Position numbers and translations under genes: made by a program. This document shows, in pieces, positions 14,482 to 29,760 of a stretch of 64,000 bases of DNA (its first letter is position 1; each line of letters begins with the position of its first letter). This DNA comes from Stylophora pistillata (taxonomy: Eukaryota), in contig NW_019217808.1 of the NCBI RefSeq assembly GCF_002571385.2, positions 809,151 through 873,150 of the forward strand, read 5' to 3'. The notes under the pieces were generated by a model. It made no database searches, was not told the origin of the DNA, and worked only from the letters and a program-made list of their open reading frames with translations.

Positions 14482-17400
14482 ACCTTTAAGATCTGTACGA
14501 GATAATATCGACGCGATAATTCCAGCTCAAATCGTGGCTAATCAATATACCCAGATCTTTTTCAACAGCAACAGGCTTCAACTTGGTTCCTTTTTGTGAA
14601 ATCATCGCAATTTAAAGCATATCTTGGGAATGACCAAGAGAGATGCAGTGTCTTGCAGCGCGTTTGAATAGTATTCAGGATCGAAGTTAAAATGGCAGAC
14701 GTCCAAATCAAAATATATTTTCTGACCATTAAAGACCAGTGAGAAGCTCCTTACAGTCTAGATTTAAGTTGTTGGATGTTTAGCTGTGGGTGACCACTGT
14801 TGCGCATTCAAAGGTAATATAGCGCTAACAAAATATCAGGCATTGTTATACCATGATTAACAACTCTGTGAAACATTGGTTCACTGGGAATTTCGTGCGC
14901 CTTGAGTTCCTTCATAACTCACCCTTGTGGCATGTAAAGAACAACAAAAGGGTATTTGTAATCAGTGAGCTTGAGGTTAAACTAAACCAGAAAACTATTC
15001 ATATCAAAGCGTGTTAGTACGCAAGTGCACTAGTACCCAGATCTCTCAGTGCAAGTAAACTCGAAAGCCCCGTAAGGAATATGCTAATTCCCCGTCGGCT
15101 TCCGCAGTACCACCCGCTGATACAATATCATTACATAATTCTTCAGTCTTAGACACATTTTGGTCATTTCAAAAAAAAGGAGTTCGACGTCGAATATCAA
15201 AGGTGCCAAAAGTTCAACTTGACTTAGTGAATCAGGACTACCTGAACTTAGTTAAACTTCTAACTCAGACAAAACACATATTCCACATTAATTTAGAGAG
15301 TAATGAGATTGCACTACTGCATTCAAATTTCTTGGTGGTTTAACCGCAATATGACTACGGATACCAAAAAATAAGTCGATTCAAAATACAAAGATCGAGA
15401 GACGCAGCTGAGTGGTCCTGGAACAAACCTAAACAAATTTCTACAAGATATACAAATGTGATGTCTAACTGACATAATTCCGTCCAAATCATCCCGCTAC
15501 GGTTGACCAACAATTAACTCTGACAATGAAAATTGTTCAAGTGATGAGGGCTTGTGCACGCAATGAAATTTATTTCAAAACACTTGATCAGAAAAGGCAA
15601 AATAGTCAAGAAATGTTTATCATTATTAATAAGAGTTACGAATCTTCTGGTATCATCAGAATTAAGGCCGTAGTAATGCTGATGTTTGTGAAAAGTGTTT
15701 CCCAGTTAACTAGTTTTTGACGTTAAAATCGTTTTAAGTCTATCCGTTTACTTGACCATGCTAATAGTCTACAGACAGTGTGGCAGTATAAATTTCTCAC
15801 CGGAAACGTGTCTTGACAAGGGTGAATAAGCAAAACAAAGAAACGAAAGAAAAAATTTTTAACTTCCTGCGAAAAAAGAGCAGCATTTACTCAGCAATTT
15901 TCAATTTTAATTTGTAATCATCTTGCCTGAAACACTTTGCTAGCGAAATTGAGGGATCAAAAGACAAGGTTATTATTGACGATTGCGAGGTTGGCTTGAC
16001 AACAGAGACGGAAAAACAATTAGGCAGCTGTTTTGGGAAAAGGTCACTGAAAGGTGAATCACATGACTGCAGGGACGCTCAGATATGAGTGTTATTCATT
16101 GAATGTCTTCAGAAAAAAGCTCCGACACTCACTGAGGCTAAATATTGAAATTCGTTGAAGGTCATTTCAGTGGCGCCTAGCATTCTTGTCCGACAATGTA
16201 GCATTCCGAAAAACACAGAACTCACATCATCATAATGAAAGGGAATTCCATGAAACATCCGAAACAGAGATTAAGAGTTCAAGAGAAGTTGGATGAACAC
16301 AAAGCAAATGAGGCAAAGAGATTCAGTCAACTCTCAAATTTGCAACAGATAGTCACAAGGCCAGAGAAGGCGTATGGACACCATCTCAAGTCTAAGACTA
16401 CCTTTGAGATGGGGTAAAGCATTTTTGCAGGATGTGAAAATCCACAGAACGAGTCACTGGAAGATTGGATCAAGCAGTGAACATGTGACTCAAAGAAATT
16501 TACAACGAAGCCATTAACATACGAACAGGATAATGATAACCCCCTTCCCCCATGTCTGGTTCCCTCTACCAGTTGTTTCCCCGGGTGGCTTAGTAGGCCG
16601 CATCCGGGGCCCGTATTGCTGAAAAACTGAATTGAGAAAATTGAAAAGGAAATACAACCAACCAAAATACAGGCCAAGTAAGTTCTATGAGATGCTTCGT
16701 GCGCCGTCTTTAAAAACGCCTGACTTAGTATTACCGAATCATTTTTGATGTAAAACGACAAAAATAGTCATTTCGACGACGCACAACTTCGAGGGGGACG
16801 AAAAAAGGAGCAGAAGAAGGCCGCCGAAATCGACTCCGTATCACAACAACAACACCCTGGTCTCTGAAGACGACATCCATTAGCCAGTCAGAAGTACTAA
16901 GTTTCAGAGTAAGTAACGATTTAATGCTGCGCTGCACCATTAGAGTAAAGTGCAAAGCATAATAGAAGGGGAATCCAAGTTAACGCAGATTTTAAACAAC
17001 GAGATAAGAATCGGGCGTCTCATCCAACTGGCAACCTGTTCACTTCACATAATGAAAATGTTCGATGCAGAATTCGGAGGATAACCCTTGTAGTTAATTG
17101 TATGTCTTATGTCCTTCTTAGTGTACTATGAATGCGAACCCATGTCTATGAACAGCACATTTAAGTAAAGTCAAAGTATCTTGATGCAAATACCATTACT
17201 CTTTGATACAACTCAATCTAAAATATCGTAGCTATATCGTGTCATTTTGGAAAAGTGCACAATGAAGGGCATCTTTATGACAACTTGTACATTAATTCAA
17301 TAGCTCATTCGATCTTTTGATTTGATCATTTATTTCCTTTTCTGCTAGGCAGCAAATGGCTCGAAGACTTTGCCTGGGCGCTAACATTTAAATTGTCATT

Positions 17401-17607
17401 AAGTTGTAAGCACTTTATTATCCTATTTTTTCCCCACACAAAACGGGGTAAAGTTTAATAAGTCGACATCTTAAAGAAGTGAACTGAAAGACTGTAAAAT
17501 AACTTGTTGCATGTACCGGGTTCCATATAAAATAAATGAAGTGCAAATATTAATCAAATAGCCAACGAAAAGGGTAAATAATTTTTTTTCTTATTATTTC
17601 TTAACAG

Positions 17608-20600
17608 CTGGTCCCAGAAAATATGATTCACCTAGATAGGGCTGTTTGCAAGACAATGTCCGCATTGATGAAGTACTTGGACAAGAATTCTCTCGAGGAA
17701 GTTGGATACCAGGCTAGAAGGTAGTTAAAGAAACATTTACCCCAAAAAATGGCTTTATTTTAAGAATCAGTAAAGATCGTTTTGAGATTGAATGCAAAAC
17801 CCCCGCTTACAACTCACACAACACAAATTCACTTGAGAACTGTTTTTATTACTCTTGCCAGGGAAGAGATTATTGAAAAATGGAGTAACTGGGTACGTAT
17901 TTTTCTAAGTAGTTTAAGTACATTACTACTCCTTTCAAAAACGCAAGGCTAAATTAATTTAACACTGAAAAACTTTTCTAAATGATAACTTATAATGAGT
18001 GTTCGCATGGGTATAGGTGTGTTGGTTATGATGCCTGAGACCAATTAAAGAGAAAATAAGCATGCCCGAATCTCAACTCTTCTATTGAACAATTACGTGG
18101 GACTCTTAAACATAAAAATTTGGACCACTGAGTTAGCCTTTGTTATGGAAGTGAAAAATTTTCAGCTTAAAAAATATTCAACTTGTTCTCCTCAATATTG
18201 GTAGGTGAATCCAGGTGAAGAAGAATTTAATTCAGTCACTGTATGCCTTCGACAACAAAACAGAATGCTTCAAGTGAGTGCCTAGATAAAACTTTTAATC
18301 TTTCGATGAACATAAGAAATTGAATAGACGGAAGACAAAAAACAATTTTTTCCTCAACATTTTTTTCTGCAGGAAGATTATCGCCAGGGAAGAGAGGCTT
18401 CAACACGCAAGAATTTGATAAATCTCGCAAAACACCTTTGGGAGTATTTACTTTTAAACAGTTCAACAAGAATGAGGACACTTTCAAGGTAAATAAATAT
18501 TCGTGCTCTGGATAGTCTGGAAGACCAGTGAAGAGTTCAAAGCAAATACGTTGAGAGGTTGCATACAAAGTGCTTAGTTTATTATCTATTCCTATGGTCA
18601 CAGTGTAATATTTACTTTTTTATTGTAGTATGCATCATGACGGAGGCTGCACACAATTTTCAATGGTAAGTAGAGCCAAAACTAATGCAAATAATCATCA
18701 CTGATAAAGAGAAAATGGGGCATAAAATTACTCTATTTTATTATAAGGCACAGCCTATTTTCAATGATAAGCAGTGCAAAGACATGGTGGTCAGAGCCAT
18801 GGGCTTTTGAAATGCCCTCTCTTTTCCCTATCAAACGTTAACTTTCCCTAACCAATTGAATAACCAATTTCATCAAAGAATCACCATAATGCCCTCCAAT
18901 CTCCTATCAAAAAACCATCCTTTCCACCCATGAATTTATGCTTTCTGCAAGTCACAAATGATGTGCATGAGTTGTTTATTACTTGAAGTAACATGGGAAA
19001 GGGATTGATCTTTTTGGCAACCCAACACCAGCTTGTTTTAAATTTCATCAAACAATATTTAACCAATCCTACAACTTTCAAGTCCTTGAAAAGTACCGAA
19101 GAACTTAAAATTTTCGAGAAATTCTTGTTAGGAATATGTCAACTGCACTAAACAATGTAAATGACATGACAAAGGTTAAGTGCCCCCAGTTTTCGTCAAG
19201 AAGAGATGGAAAACTGCATATTTCGTTTAATTTTCACTTATTCACTAACTTCTTTCGAAGAGGTAAATTTCCCTTGACTCAAAGGGAGATTTCCTGGGTT
19301 TTCCCTGACCACCATCAAAAGGAACGAGAACTTAGTCATCAGTTACTTCAGTAAATCAGTACTTAAGCTTGGTCAACTTGTTTAGCACCTCGAAAATTGA
19401 TTTTTTTGCAACGTCTTCCTGTCCAATTTACAGCAACATGTCACAACATTTGAGCAAAGAGTACAAATACTGCTACTATTCTTTAAAGTGTTCACATCCA
19501 AATCGAAAACATGGGGCTCACAGCTAACAAGGTAATTAACAGAATTTATTTCACGTATGGGGACATTAGAAACATCTCCACCAAATGAAAATCACCCGAA
19601 CATCATCCATGTTTAGACCTCTTCAAACACATAAGTGTCAACTCTTTTGCAATAGAATACAAGACTTCCATAACGCACCCTCGCCGTTTCGCACTCTCTC
19701 CAGCCACTTAAACTGACTCCTTTACTTACGGGGTGCAGCTTTCTTCCCCTAACACCATTAAGTAATCTCTGGGGCTTAGAAACGTACCAAGAATTGCAGG
19801 AACCCTACTTTCCCTCGTGTAAATACGACAGCCTGTCGTAAGACAACATCATAACCTCACTTCTATTGTTTTTTTTTTTTTTTTAATGATATAGACCTGG
19901 AAGAATTTGGGATTCCAAACCAACAGACGGTAAGTTCATTGTTACTGATAGATAAAAACAAAGAGACTCAACCTGCTGTAATGTTGTGTTAAGCACGTCA
20001 GTAAGTACTTTGGCTACTTTCCCCACTTCAAATAATGAGACTTGGCAGATTCCAAACATTAATCTCTCATCAACCTATCAAACCGTCTTGGTAAATTCAT
20101 GGTCAGTTGAGCGCATTGCAGGTTTGCGTGTGCATCAAGGACAAGGGGAAAAAAAACAATTTTAGTGCTCACTTCTGTTGTAATTGCAGTAAAATGTAAC
20201 CTATTCTAGAACAGTATACTGAGATAACAAATGGGTTACACTTCGATTTCTTGTTTGATCCACAGGAATCGTTGTAGTAAACTGCTATATTGGAATATTG
20301 CAGCAAATGAATGTGAAGGAGTGAAAAGAAAGATTTCAAGTACTTTCATTCGATGTATGTAAAAATAAAATCCTTGTAACCCATTCCCCAAATCGCAATA
20401 GTCCATACGATTTCCCTTTTCTAGGGCTGATTGATTTTAGACTGGTAATTGATGTATAGGACAAGCAGTGCTGTAACAGTTGTATTGTTGAGGGCATTTC
20501 ACATAGTTTTATACATAAAATAATAACAGAGCAAATTATTCAAAATAGCAAACAAGTGAAATGCCCAGACATACGTAGAACACTTCGACCAATGGGTTGA

Positions 20601-21480
20601 GAACTGCCAAGGTTTTTTGGACAAAATATAAGGTAGCTGTGACCCCTTAACATCAAGTTATCAAAAACTTGTCTTTCACTTCATCTATTATCAAAGAGAT
20701 AAACACATTTCTTGCGAGTGTTCTCCCATTTGCGATTTCAGTTACTATGGTAACAATTGTTATATGCCCTTACTTCATTTCAAAAGGATGGAAATTAAGA
20801 TGTTAGAGGTATTACAAATCACCCTTGTAGCAGCCTCACCACTGTTGGTAAATGTCCTAGTCTATTGAAAATTTTTTAAATTAAGTAATAATCAAAGATT
20901 TTCAGAGCGAAGCCAATTATTTAATTATCAGAAAATCAGTTGAGTACAAGTGTGGCTCTCCATTTTTATACTCCTCGTATAGTTACATGTATTTGTTGTC
21001 TTCAAAGCATATCTCTAATTTTATTTACCCGACTAGGGCCACCTCAATTTTTAATATAAATACAAAGTGTAATTGAGGTCACTTTCGCCTCATCGATTAA
21101 CTAAGCAGTGAAAAGCCTACCATCTCAACTGACGTAAGCAACATTTCTGAAGGGGTTTGAGGTCCACGTTTTGTACGAATAAGTATGACCGATGAATATG
21201 TAGACACATATGCCCAAAATGTAATGATCTAAAACAACAATTTAAGTATGAAAATAATTGAAAAACCTTTCTGTGCTGGGTTTTGTAAGAAATGAATAAA
21301 TAAGTTATGATTTGGAAGGATGTCTCTTTCTTTGCAGCTACTCATACCAATCACCTAAAACTGGGCAACGACTTCAGCTCGAATCTTCATCGACCCTTGA
21401 GGATATCTCATAGACCAACGCCTTTCGCCTTTGCTACAGTCGTTTCTATCGTCAAAGGACTTTGGAAAAAAAGTTCCTGA
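17608..21480 (+). CDS. Unidentified multi-exon protein-coding gene (~205 aa from ATG 17623)
   Basis: Eight exons with good acceptors and donors join with matching phases and no stop: 17608-17720, 17862-17892, 18205-18273, 18373-18488, 18629-18665, 19895-19929, 20266-20354, 21338-21480. Possible upstream non-coding exons end at 16908 and span 17349-17405. Confidence 0.55.
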
Positions 21481-24400
21481 CTGCCCCAACAACCCATCTC
21501 CCACCACTAAACTACGACTAAGTTTTCATGGTAGTCTCAGTCTTTTTATGGTGTTTCAGGATTTCCTAACCACTGTTTGATATGGCTTCTGCCCAATCAA
21601 TATTCCCCATTGGATTACTCAAATCGTTTACCACACAATTACATGAAAACTGAGTTGTTTACTAAGAAACCGTTTTACAGTGGGGGCTAATACGTAAACT
21701 CTTCAGTGTCTTGTTATTCTCCTTCGATTTGAAAGCAAGAGTTCTGAGTTACGGGGAATCAGTGAACTCGTACAATCTGATTTAATCTCTCTCAACAGAA
21801 CTATCTGCAGTCGCTCCTGATCAGCACACTCGTTAATACCTTCGTATCCATGGTTTCGACCGCCTCGATTCGTAAATCAATTCGGTGATTTCGAAACAAA
21901 AGTGTTCTCCAGGGTGACATTATAATAAGTGGAAGTGTGTACATAATATCATCATTAGTCAAAAAAATGTTAAACTTCAAACAGTATTAACTTACCGTTC
22001 TTTGCTTCTTCGTGTCTCTTAATCTCTCGTGTCCCCATGAGCGTACAGTAATTGACAACCGGAGGACTGGGGTGAGTACCCTGTGTGGGAGAAAAAAGAA
22101 GGCAACAAAATATTACTTCATCTTTTTTTTTTCCCTCCAGTTGGACTGCATTTGCATAACTTGAACGCAAGTGGGGTCCGCAGCTTTTAATGGAGGATAA
22201 TGTAAAAGATGAAGTGCGCGGGTAGGTTAAAAATCTTCAACTTTGATTTGTACTCTCCTTTCAGTTTCAAAATTAATCTGCATCTTATTCTCAACCTCGT
22301 GAATATATAATATAGTGATGCTAACGTGACTTCACTATCGAATTCACTCCATCTATTCGTCGCAAATATGAAATGGTTGTGAGGTTTTTTTCAACGATTG
22401 CTGACTTTCCCTCGCGATTACACCGGTTAATTGTCGTATGTACTTGGATCACTGATATGGTTTATGATTCATAATCTCAACTGTCGTCTATTCACTGAGC
22501 GCAAAGACCCAAAAGGGGAGGGCAACGTTATGTTGGTCAATTTGAATACATGTCCTTATTAGGAAGATAATCACGTTAGTACTATTCGTTACTATTCAAG
22601 GCTCATTTTCAATGTTTTGGATTGTCGCATCTGTTACACAGCGTTTTTCGATTTTCAAAGCGTCCACGTTAACCGAATGAAAAGTCTTTTGTCATAAAAG
22701 CAGAAGAATTCATAGAACAAACACCTCATAAATAGTCCGAACCGCTTTATCAGTACTATCTGTTGACACCCCCTCCCTCCAACCCATTAGAATAAATCGA
22801 TGTAAAACTTCAAATGGTTCTACAAAAAAAAACCACTATGACAGTTAATGTTACGTTTTGTTTCATGTTCACATGATTAAAAACTGCGTTTCCTCCAGGC
22901 ATGAGGCTTATCCAGCAGGAAGACACAACAGGGTAAGGGAACATAAGGTTGGAAAAGTGTGTAACGCAAATAAAATGACTTCTACCGGTATATTTCGCGA
23001 GCTTGTTTAGGCTGAGGTTCAGTTTTTTCTTTAATTAAGTGCAGTTTCCACACTCGCCTTGATCAACTTGGGTTTCACATTTCGTGTAGAGTTTTTCTGA
23101 AGGAAGTTAAAAATTCATTCTGATCAAAAGGGTCAGTTGACCAATGCTTATGCAAATGAAAAATACACAGATATCTGTCGTTCATCATGTTAAGTAGGCA
23201 ATGTGCTCGTTCAGCGAAATTCAATTTTTCACGCGTACTTGCGTCTACAAACTATTGTGCGGATCACAACAAAGTGCCTGTGAGTCACTTTGCAAGTCAG
23301 AAGGATAACAGAATTAGCCCAGTGTGTAGGTGCTCCCTTAATCGTTACTTTGTCATTTTCAACATCATCATCATTATTATCTATTCCTATCATACAATTG
23401 GTCCCCAAAGATTCGAACGAAATAAAATTACTTACCCACCTGGACGAGGAGGTGACTTCATTATCAGTGTCAGCCTTGCTGCCCAAAACGACTGACACCG
23501 TCCAAAACAAGATAACAAAAGAGGCAACCTATGCCCCCCGCATACTCCCCTGGAGTTCCTCTTTGGACTGAAGGTAGTACACTTTCTTTTTCCTGCGAGG
23601 ACGAACTTAATTCTGCGAAGAAAGAGCAAGAGTTAAAACCCTGTACAATTTTTTTTTTATGTCATACGGTTATGGCCATTCTCTTTGGCAGACAATATGG
23701 TAGAATCTTATCAAAGAACAGACTTCTACCGGTGTTCACCTCATATTGACCCACAGTTATGGTATGTTGGCACAGGCGTTAAACTTGATCAACATCGCAA
23801 CAAAGCCGAAGGAATTTTTATGTAACCACAACTTTTAACTAGGAAATATTCAGCTATTGTATCTAACGTAATAGAAAATGGCTTCCTGTTCGGTAAAATC
23901 AAAAAGCAGTTGAAGTCTCTTTGTCCCCAAAATAGGGCGATAAGTTGACAAGTTCGGTGAATGATGCCATTAAAGTTCATCGGCGCTAATTTACTTTCGG
24001 GAATATTAGACAAAACACTTTTCAACTAACAGGGAGGTGTTTCTTGTCGACAGATAAAGGAGCGTAACTTGCATTGTGGTGTAAAGAAGAGTATTGAAGT
24101 GTGCTGAAGTGAACGAACAAAATGCAGTTCACTAAATGTGATGTTCTCAGATCTAGATATTTTAAAAAAATTTATATCCCTTGAACTTTGGTTACCAAGT
24201 ATATGGGTGACAGCAGAGTTAGTAGAGGGGACCCAGTCCCCTTTACTAACTCTGGTGGTAGTGATGTTACGTTCATTAACTATATTCTATATTAACTCAA
24301 GTTCATTTTATTCAAGGTAAAACAACGGAAATCGCACTTCATTTTATCTACAGCGGGCTGACTTAACACACCGTTGGCCGCAAACATCAAAGTAATATTC

Positions 24401-26989
24401 CATAAACAATTTGGATAGCTGCAACGGGGAAAAAAATAAATATAGGAAAAATGTTAACTTTATACATTCATTTCGTGTCTCTACTAAGATTTGCCTCAGG
24501 TTCCGCACTACAGTGTATTTTGTGTCACTCTGGGCAACTCTTAGTGACGCCACGAAATGCATATACAAAGAGCCAATCTCAAAGCAATGAAAAAGGTTTC
24601 CTGTAATTGTGCGTTAGGAGTGATCTCTGCAAAATTTGCACGAGTAAGAATATCCGACATGATAAAAATAGAAAGGAGCATGTGAAACTTGTGTTACAGG
24701 TATTGAGCGGATCAAATGTCCTTATGAATATCAACTGTAAGGGAAACGGGAATAGTTCAAGGTAGAAAGTGACGAAAGTAAATTAAAGCATAATTAATGC
24801 CACGCTGTCGTCACGCACATGTGGTGATGTTTGGTTTAGGACAAAAAAGAAACAGGTGGTGCGTTAAAACTTGGACACAAAACTGCCAAGACAACAAATA
24901 AAGCTAGAATCCATTTACCAACCAAAGGTTTCGATAACTTAGCGAGGTTGTAAGGTGTCTTTCTCAGTCATAACAAAAAGATAACACAACAGAATCTAAC
25001 TTAAGGACTGGGTACAAGGTGCCAAGACAAACGAAGCGAACTTCAAATTATTTGCATTCGCATGGAGAGATAAAGGGTACGTAAAGCGATTTGGTGATCG
25101 TAGTCCGTAGTCCATGTTTTGAATGGATCAAAACTTGACCGAAACTCCAGTCACCTGATAACTTTAACTTTCACTTGCAATCGTATTTTTTACTGGAGAC
25201 AAACAACAGGACAAATATGGCTCATTACGTTCGCGTATTTTTTAAGAGGTTAGAAATCATTGAATGTATTGTAAAGGAAAGCCACACTTGAAAGGCCTTA
25301 CCAGGAGGAAAAGTTTTGCGCTCAGAACTATTTCCTTATCCATCTGACATTGCTAAGAAAATGAAATAAAAGACCCTATCGAAAGTAAATCGGACTAGAA
25401 AGGATCGAAAATAAAAGTATAAACAATAATAGATTACACCAAACTCTGATCCACACGGTCCCAAACAATGGCAAACTACGCGTGTTTAAAAACATGGTGG
25501 CCTTTTTCGCAGCAAGTCCCTCACACAGCATGTTCATGTAGCAAAGACAAAATCAGGAAAACATTCTTATCAAAAGAGTACACGCGACAAATGAAGACAG
25601 GATATCGAAACCAAGATATTTCATGGGCAATCGACGGCAATCGACACGAAAACTAAGGAATAATAAAAGCCAAACGGCCCCTTCTTAGTCTACAAAACTG
25701 CAACGAATTACTAAACTATATATTTCATATTAGCCAGAAAGACTTAAGGTGGTTATTGATTCGTTTAAAATCTAGTAAATCAAAAGATAAATGGCGCAGT
25801 GGTATTTTCTAGCAAAAAGGTAAATGCGAATGAGATAAATTTCGCTCATCCCGACAGTGACTGCGTACATGTACAAATAACTAGTTCCGTTAGACTGCCA
25901 ATGAACAACTACCATCCGGCCTCCGAGAAAATATGCCACAGCCGTCCACCTAAAGAAGACTGGTGCATAATATACAAAGATGACACATACACTTGTATTG
26001 ATACCTGTGTTACATCTTCATCCCTGAGACAGAAATCCATAAATACGGGATAAAAACATCTCTCTGCCTTCAAGAAGTAAGTAACGGTCGACGTTCTGCG
26101 GCGAATAACAAATAAATCCTACAAACAAAAGACCTATGTTATTCTACCTTACCACGTGCTATTGGATCAATGAGCCCGCGGCAGTTGCAAATATAAGTCA
26201 GTGTAAGAACATTTGATAAAACACGCTATAAACAAAACCTATACCTAGGGAGCAGAGCCAAATTTTAACATACAATATAAATTGCCAAACTTATTACAAC
26301 GGATGCAGTTTTAACCATTGAAACGGAAAGTAGTTATTTTAAGCTATGAAGGTCTAAAAATTGTTCCCCCTACACGAACAGGAATTGTATTTCCTTCATT
26401 ATCTCCCGACCGACACCTGAATGCTGTACGAAACGCACTGAAGAGCCTTGGATACGGTGCCTTAGACAATTCAGTTGATTTCCTAATTTACGGCCTCTCA
26501 CATTAACACATGGCAGAGCAACAGCTTTTATTTGGCAATATTCCCGCTACATATAAAAGAAGGAAAATTTATGAGCATGCAAATAACCCACACAAATTGA
26601 ATTTGACTTGAAAAATGTCCGCTAAGTAAACCGCACACAATCCATGTGGCTTCCATTATTTTGCCATGTCATGCCTATTTTTTTCTTTGTAAACGATGTA
26701 TTTATAGTGAGTACCTGTTTAATTAAAATGATTCCTTGGGAAAAGAACTTATCAAACTTAGGTTTCCGTACACTGGTTTAACTTCGTCGCACACACTAGA
26801 CAACAAATATCCCTCCTTGTGTCAAGAAGATGATTAGAAAATTCTCCGTTATAAAAAGGTGGAAGGAGTCCTCGTGGTCGTCGCGTGCTAGCTAGCCCAT
26901 CGGTAGACAAAAGATGAGTCTCACTTTAAAGGGTCTGTTCCTCATATAAGCTTTTCAATCACAGGGAGTAAATATAAACATATAAGAGT

Positions 26990-27200
26990 ACAAATAAGTA
27001 GTAGAGAAACCAACTTCTAACTGTTCCAGTCTAATCACAACGTTTCGGCCTTCGACTTCTTTAGATCGAATCAAACAAGTGAAATTCGATCAGAAAGCTA
27101 AAAATCTTAGTGAGAAGTTTAAAGAGTGGCATGAAGTTAGACTACATAAAGAAATTGATAAAAAAAGGTTATGTCATATTGAAAGCAATATAATAAAGGA
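26990..27200 (-). mobile_element. Degenerate Penelope pLTR-like fragment
   Basis: Minus strand GATCTAAAGAAGTCGAAGGCCGAAACGTTG (~27034-27068) is a decayed minimal hammerhead. Boundaries approximate. Confidence 0.4.
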
Positions 27201-28756
27201 ATAGGTACGATATAAATGGTATAGAACAAAACGGCGCAAGCAGCGAAAATAAGAAATTGACGCATTTTGAAACATATTCGACTAATTCGACTTAAAAAGA
27301 ATTATGACAAACGCGATTCCAAAATCTATGTTCGCGTCTTTAATGATTGCCCCATATACCAGCTAAAAGCGAAGGCGGTCCCGAATGAGCAGAAAAGTGA
27401 TAAAAGGGCTTTCCCTCTCACGGATACCGTTTTTGTCCCAAAGAAATGAACACATACTACCCTGGCTAATTGTTTTCTCTGCAACTACCGCTATTGATAT
27501 CAGCATGGATTGCCAATTTTGGACAACACACAAAAAATAAACATTAATGCACAGCGTCACCCCGAATATGCACCCCTCTGAATAAGCACCTCTCTTGTTG
27601 ACCAAATTAAAAAAAACGTCAAATCAATTCAAATAAACGAGTGCGCCGCTTAAAGTTTCCATAAGATTTCACCGACAATACGGCGCCTGACTCGAGATAC
27701 CCAGTACCGTTAGTGCCTCACCTAAGGGCAAAAATATTCGTATGGCACAGCCAAGGTAGAACTTTTCTTTGACAAAGAAAAAAACTCGGCTACCTAATTT
27801 TTTGGACAAACATTGTCCTTTTTTCTTATTTTCTTATTTATAATTTCGAAATTCTCTCCCAGTCAACTCTTAGACTCGCTTCACCAAAGGGGCCATGACA
27901 CTGAAATTTTTGCAAAGATAGAGTAAACAGGTGGTAATGGCAAGCCTATTTTTCCAATAAGAACTAGAGTGTGCTTTATATATTAGACTTATTTCTGTTT
28001 CATATTTTTCATTTTCTTGTTCAGTAAAGTGTTTTCAAATAGCTGCCACATCTGAGTTGCAAAGAGATTAAAACGCAACGGTGCTTCATTGGGTAACTAT
28101 GGAGATTCAAGTATATCAGCCTTGCTCAGATGAAATGTAATTTGCAGTCCCACATAATTAAAAAATTTACTCTGCCTGTTTGTTTGTTTATCCATTAAAA
28201 TATGCATTCTCAAAGGTAGCATTGAATATAAATTGGCAAACAGTAACTTTCAAAGAAAAAAAACTCCAACCGACTTTGATAAATTGGTAGAACGTGTTTC
28301 AATTAAATTGTTGAAAGCAAATATTGCCAAGGTAAAACTGGAAAGTGTGTAAAAAGAGTAATGTGCACCATTCTGGTGCCAGAATTTATCACTCATATTT
28401 AGTGGTAATTCCAGCTGAATCTTTGTATTTGATGAACAACATTCTCATGATATTCCCCAAATGAAAACGAAGCTCAACAAGTGTGTCACCCAGACTAATG
28501 GTAAGGTATGTCAAGGCTGATAAATTCACACAGATGATAGTGCAAAAGATGGGTTTTACTTAAATGAAATAAATGATCTCCTGTGCTTCATTTCTGCATT
28601 ACGTTTATATGATAAATGAAGCTGAATATTGGTAATTGCACAGAAAACAAGGAGAATTCTATCAAGAATTATGTCAATTACTAGTCGTTATTAGCATTTA
28701 TTTAGCTTAGCATCAAAAAAATTCTCAAAGGCTTTGTTATAAATTTTACATGATCC

Positions 28757-28943
28757 TATAGACCACTTTCATAAATGGCTGCCGGATTAATATTCTTTTG
28801 TTTAAATTCGAATTTGCCCGAGTGGCCTCGCTTGAGATAATGTATTCTTTTGAATTTTGTACTGGAGAACGAGGCCACCCAGGCAAATTTATATGTAAAC
28901 AAAAGAATTTTATTCCGGCAGCCATTTATGAAAGTGGTCTATA
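28757..28943. mobile_element. Palindromic MITE
   Basis: TATAGACCACTTTCATAAATGGCTGCCGGA...TCCGGCAGCCATTTATGAAAGTGGTCTATA, ~75-bp inverted arms. Confidence 0.9.
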
Positions 28944-29760
28944 CTAGTATTGTATGTGTATTTGAGTTCAAATTTGAGCTTCATAAATTATATGAAAAGC
29001 TGATTCACAAGGATTTAATTATAGTATTTAAAACACTTATGTGTCTCAGAACACAAAGATCACCACAGTAACTCATCATCACCAAAACTTCATATGTGTA
29101 GTTAAAGGGCAGCTGTCATGAGCTCTGGACTGTAAAGTAACATGGTGTTGTCTTAGTTCTTAATTAAACAAATGGAAATTTTCTTGTACTAACACATTTA
29201 AAAGCCCTTTTTGGTACCTATCTTTGAAATGACCCTTCCCCTTAGAAGAGAAACAAAGTTACAATTTGCTGAAAAAAAGTTAAAGTACTCATTGCAACCA
29301 TTATCTCAATTGAAGTGAACTTTTTCCGGATCTCAGAGTGTTCCTCCAAAAAAGGTACACACTGAGCTGTATGAGCTAGTGACATAAAGTTGCAAAAAGA
29401 AGTGCATTTGATGTAAACAGCCCCAGAAGCAAGAAAATACAAGTTCCAAATACAAACAAAAATGAACAAACAAACAAACAAAAACATTGATCAAGTAGGG
29501 GAGGATCAAATGTAAGCCAGTTTCTAGACAACTGGCAGTAGCAAATGCTGTCAAACAAGAACATGTTAGACTACTGGTGCCAATGACTACATTATCTCAC
29601 ATAGAAATAACTGATATGAATTCCATCTGAGCCACTTAACAACTGTGCTTGTTCTGACGAGCCATGTATCAAGCTCACCCAAACAGTATATTAGATTTAT
29701 AGAAAAACCAAAAACACGTTGCAATATCTTTGAATGTTGTCCTTCAGTAACATTTTAGGT

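Noticed and set aside
16235-16955. ORFs of 60-144 aa on both strands
   Set aside because: No recognisable domain, and the plus frame is broken by several stops. Probably a decayed repeat or 5' sequence of the 17.6-kb gene.
23187-24025. Cluster of overlapping 65-102 aa ORFs
   Set aside because: No motifs, no consistent splice chain and multiple stops in the extended frames.
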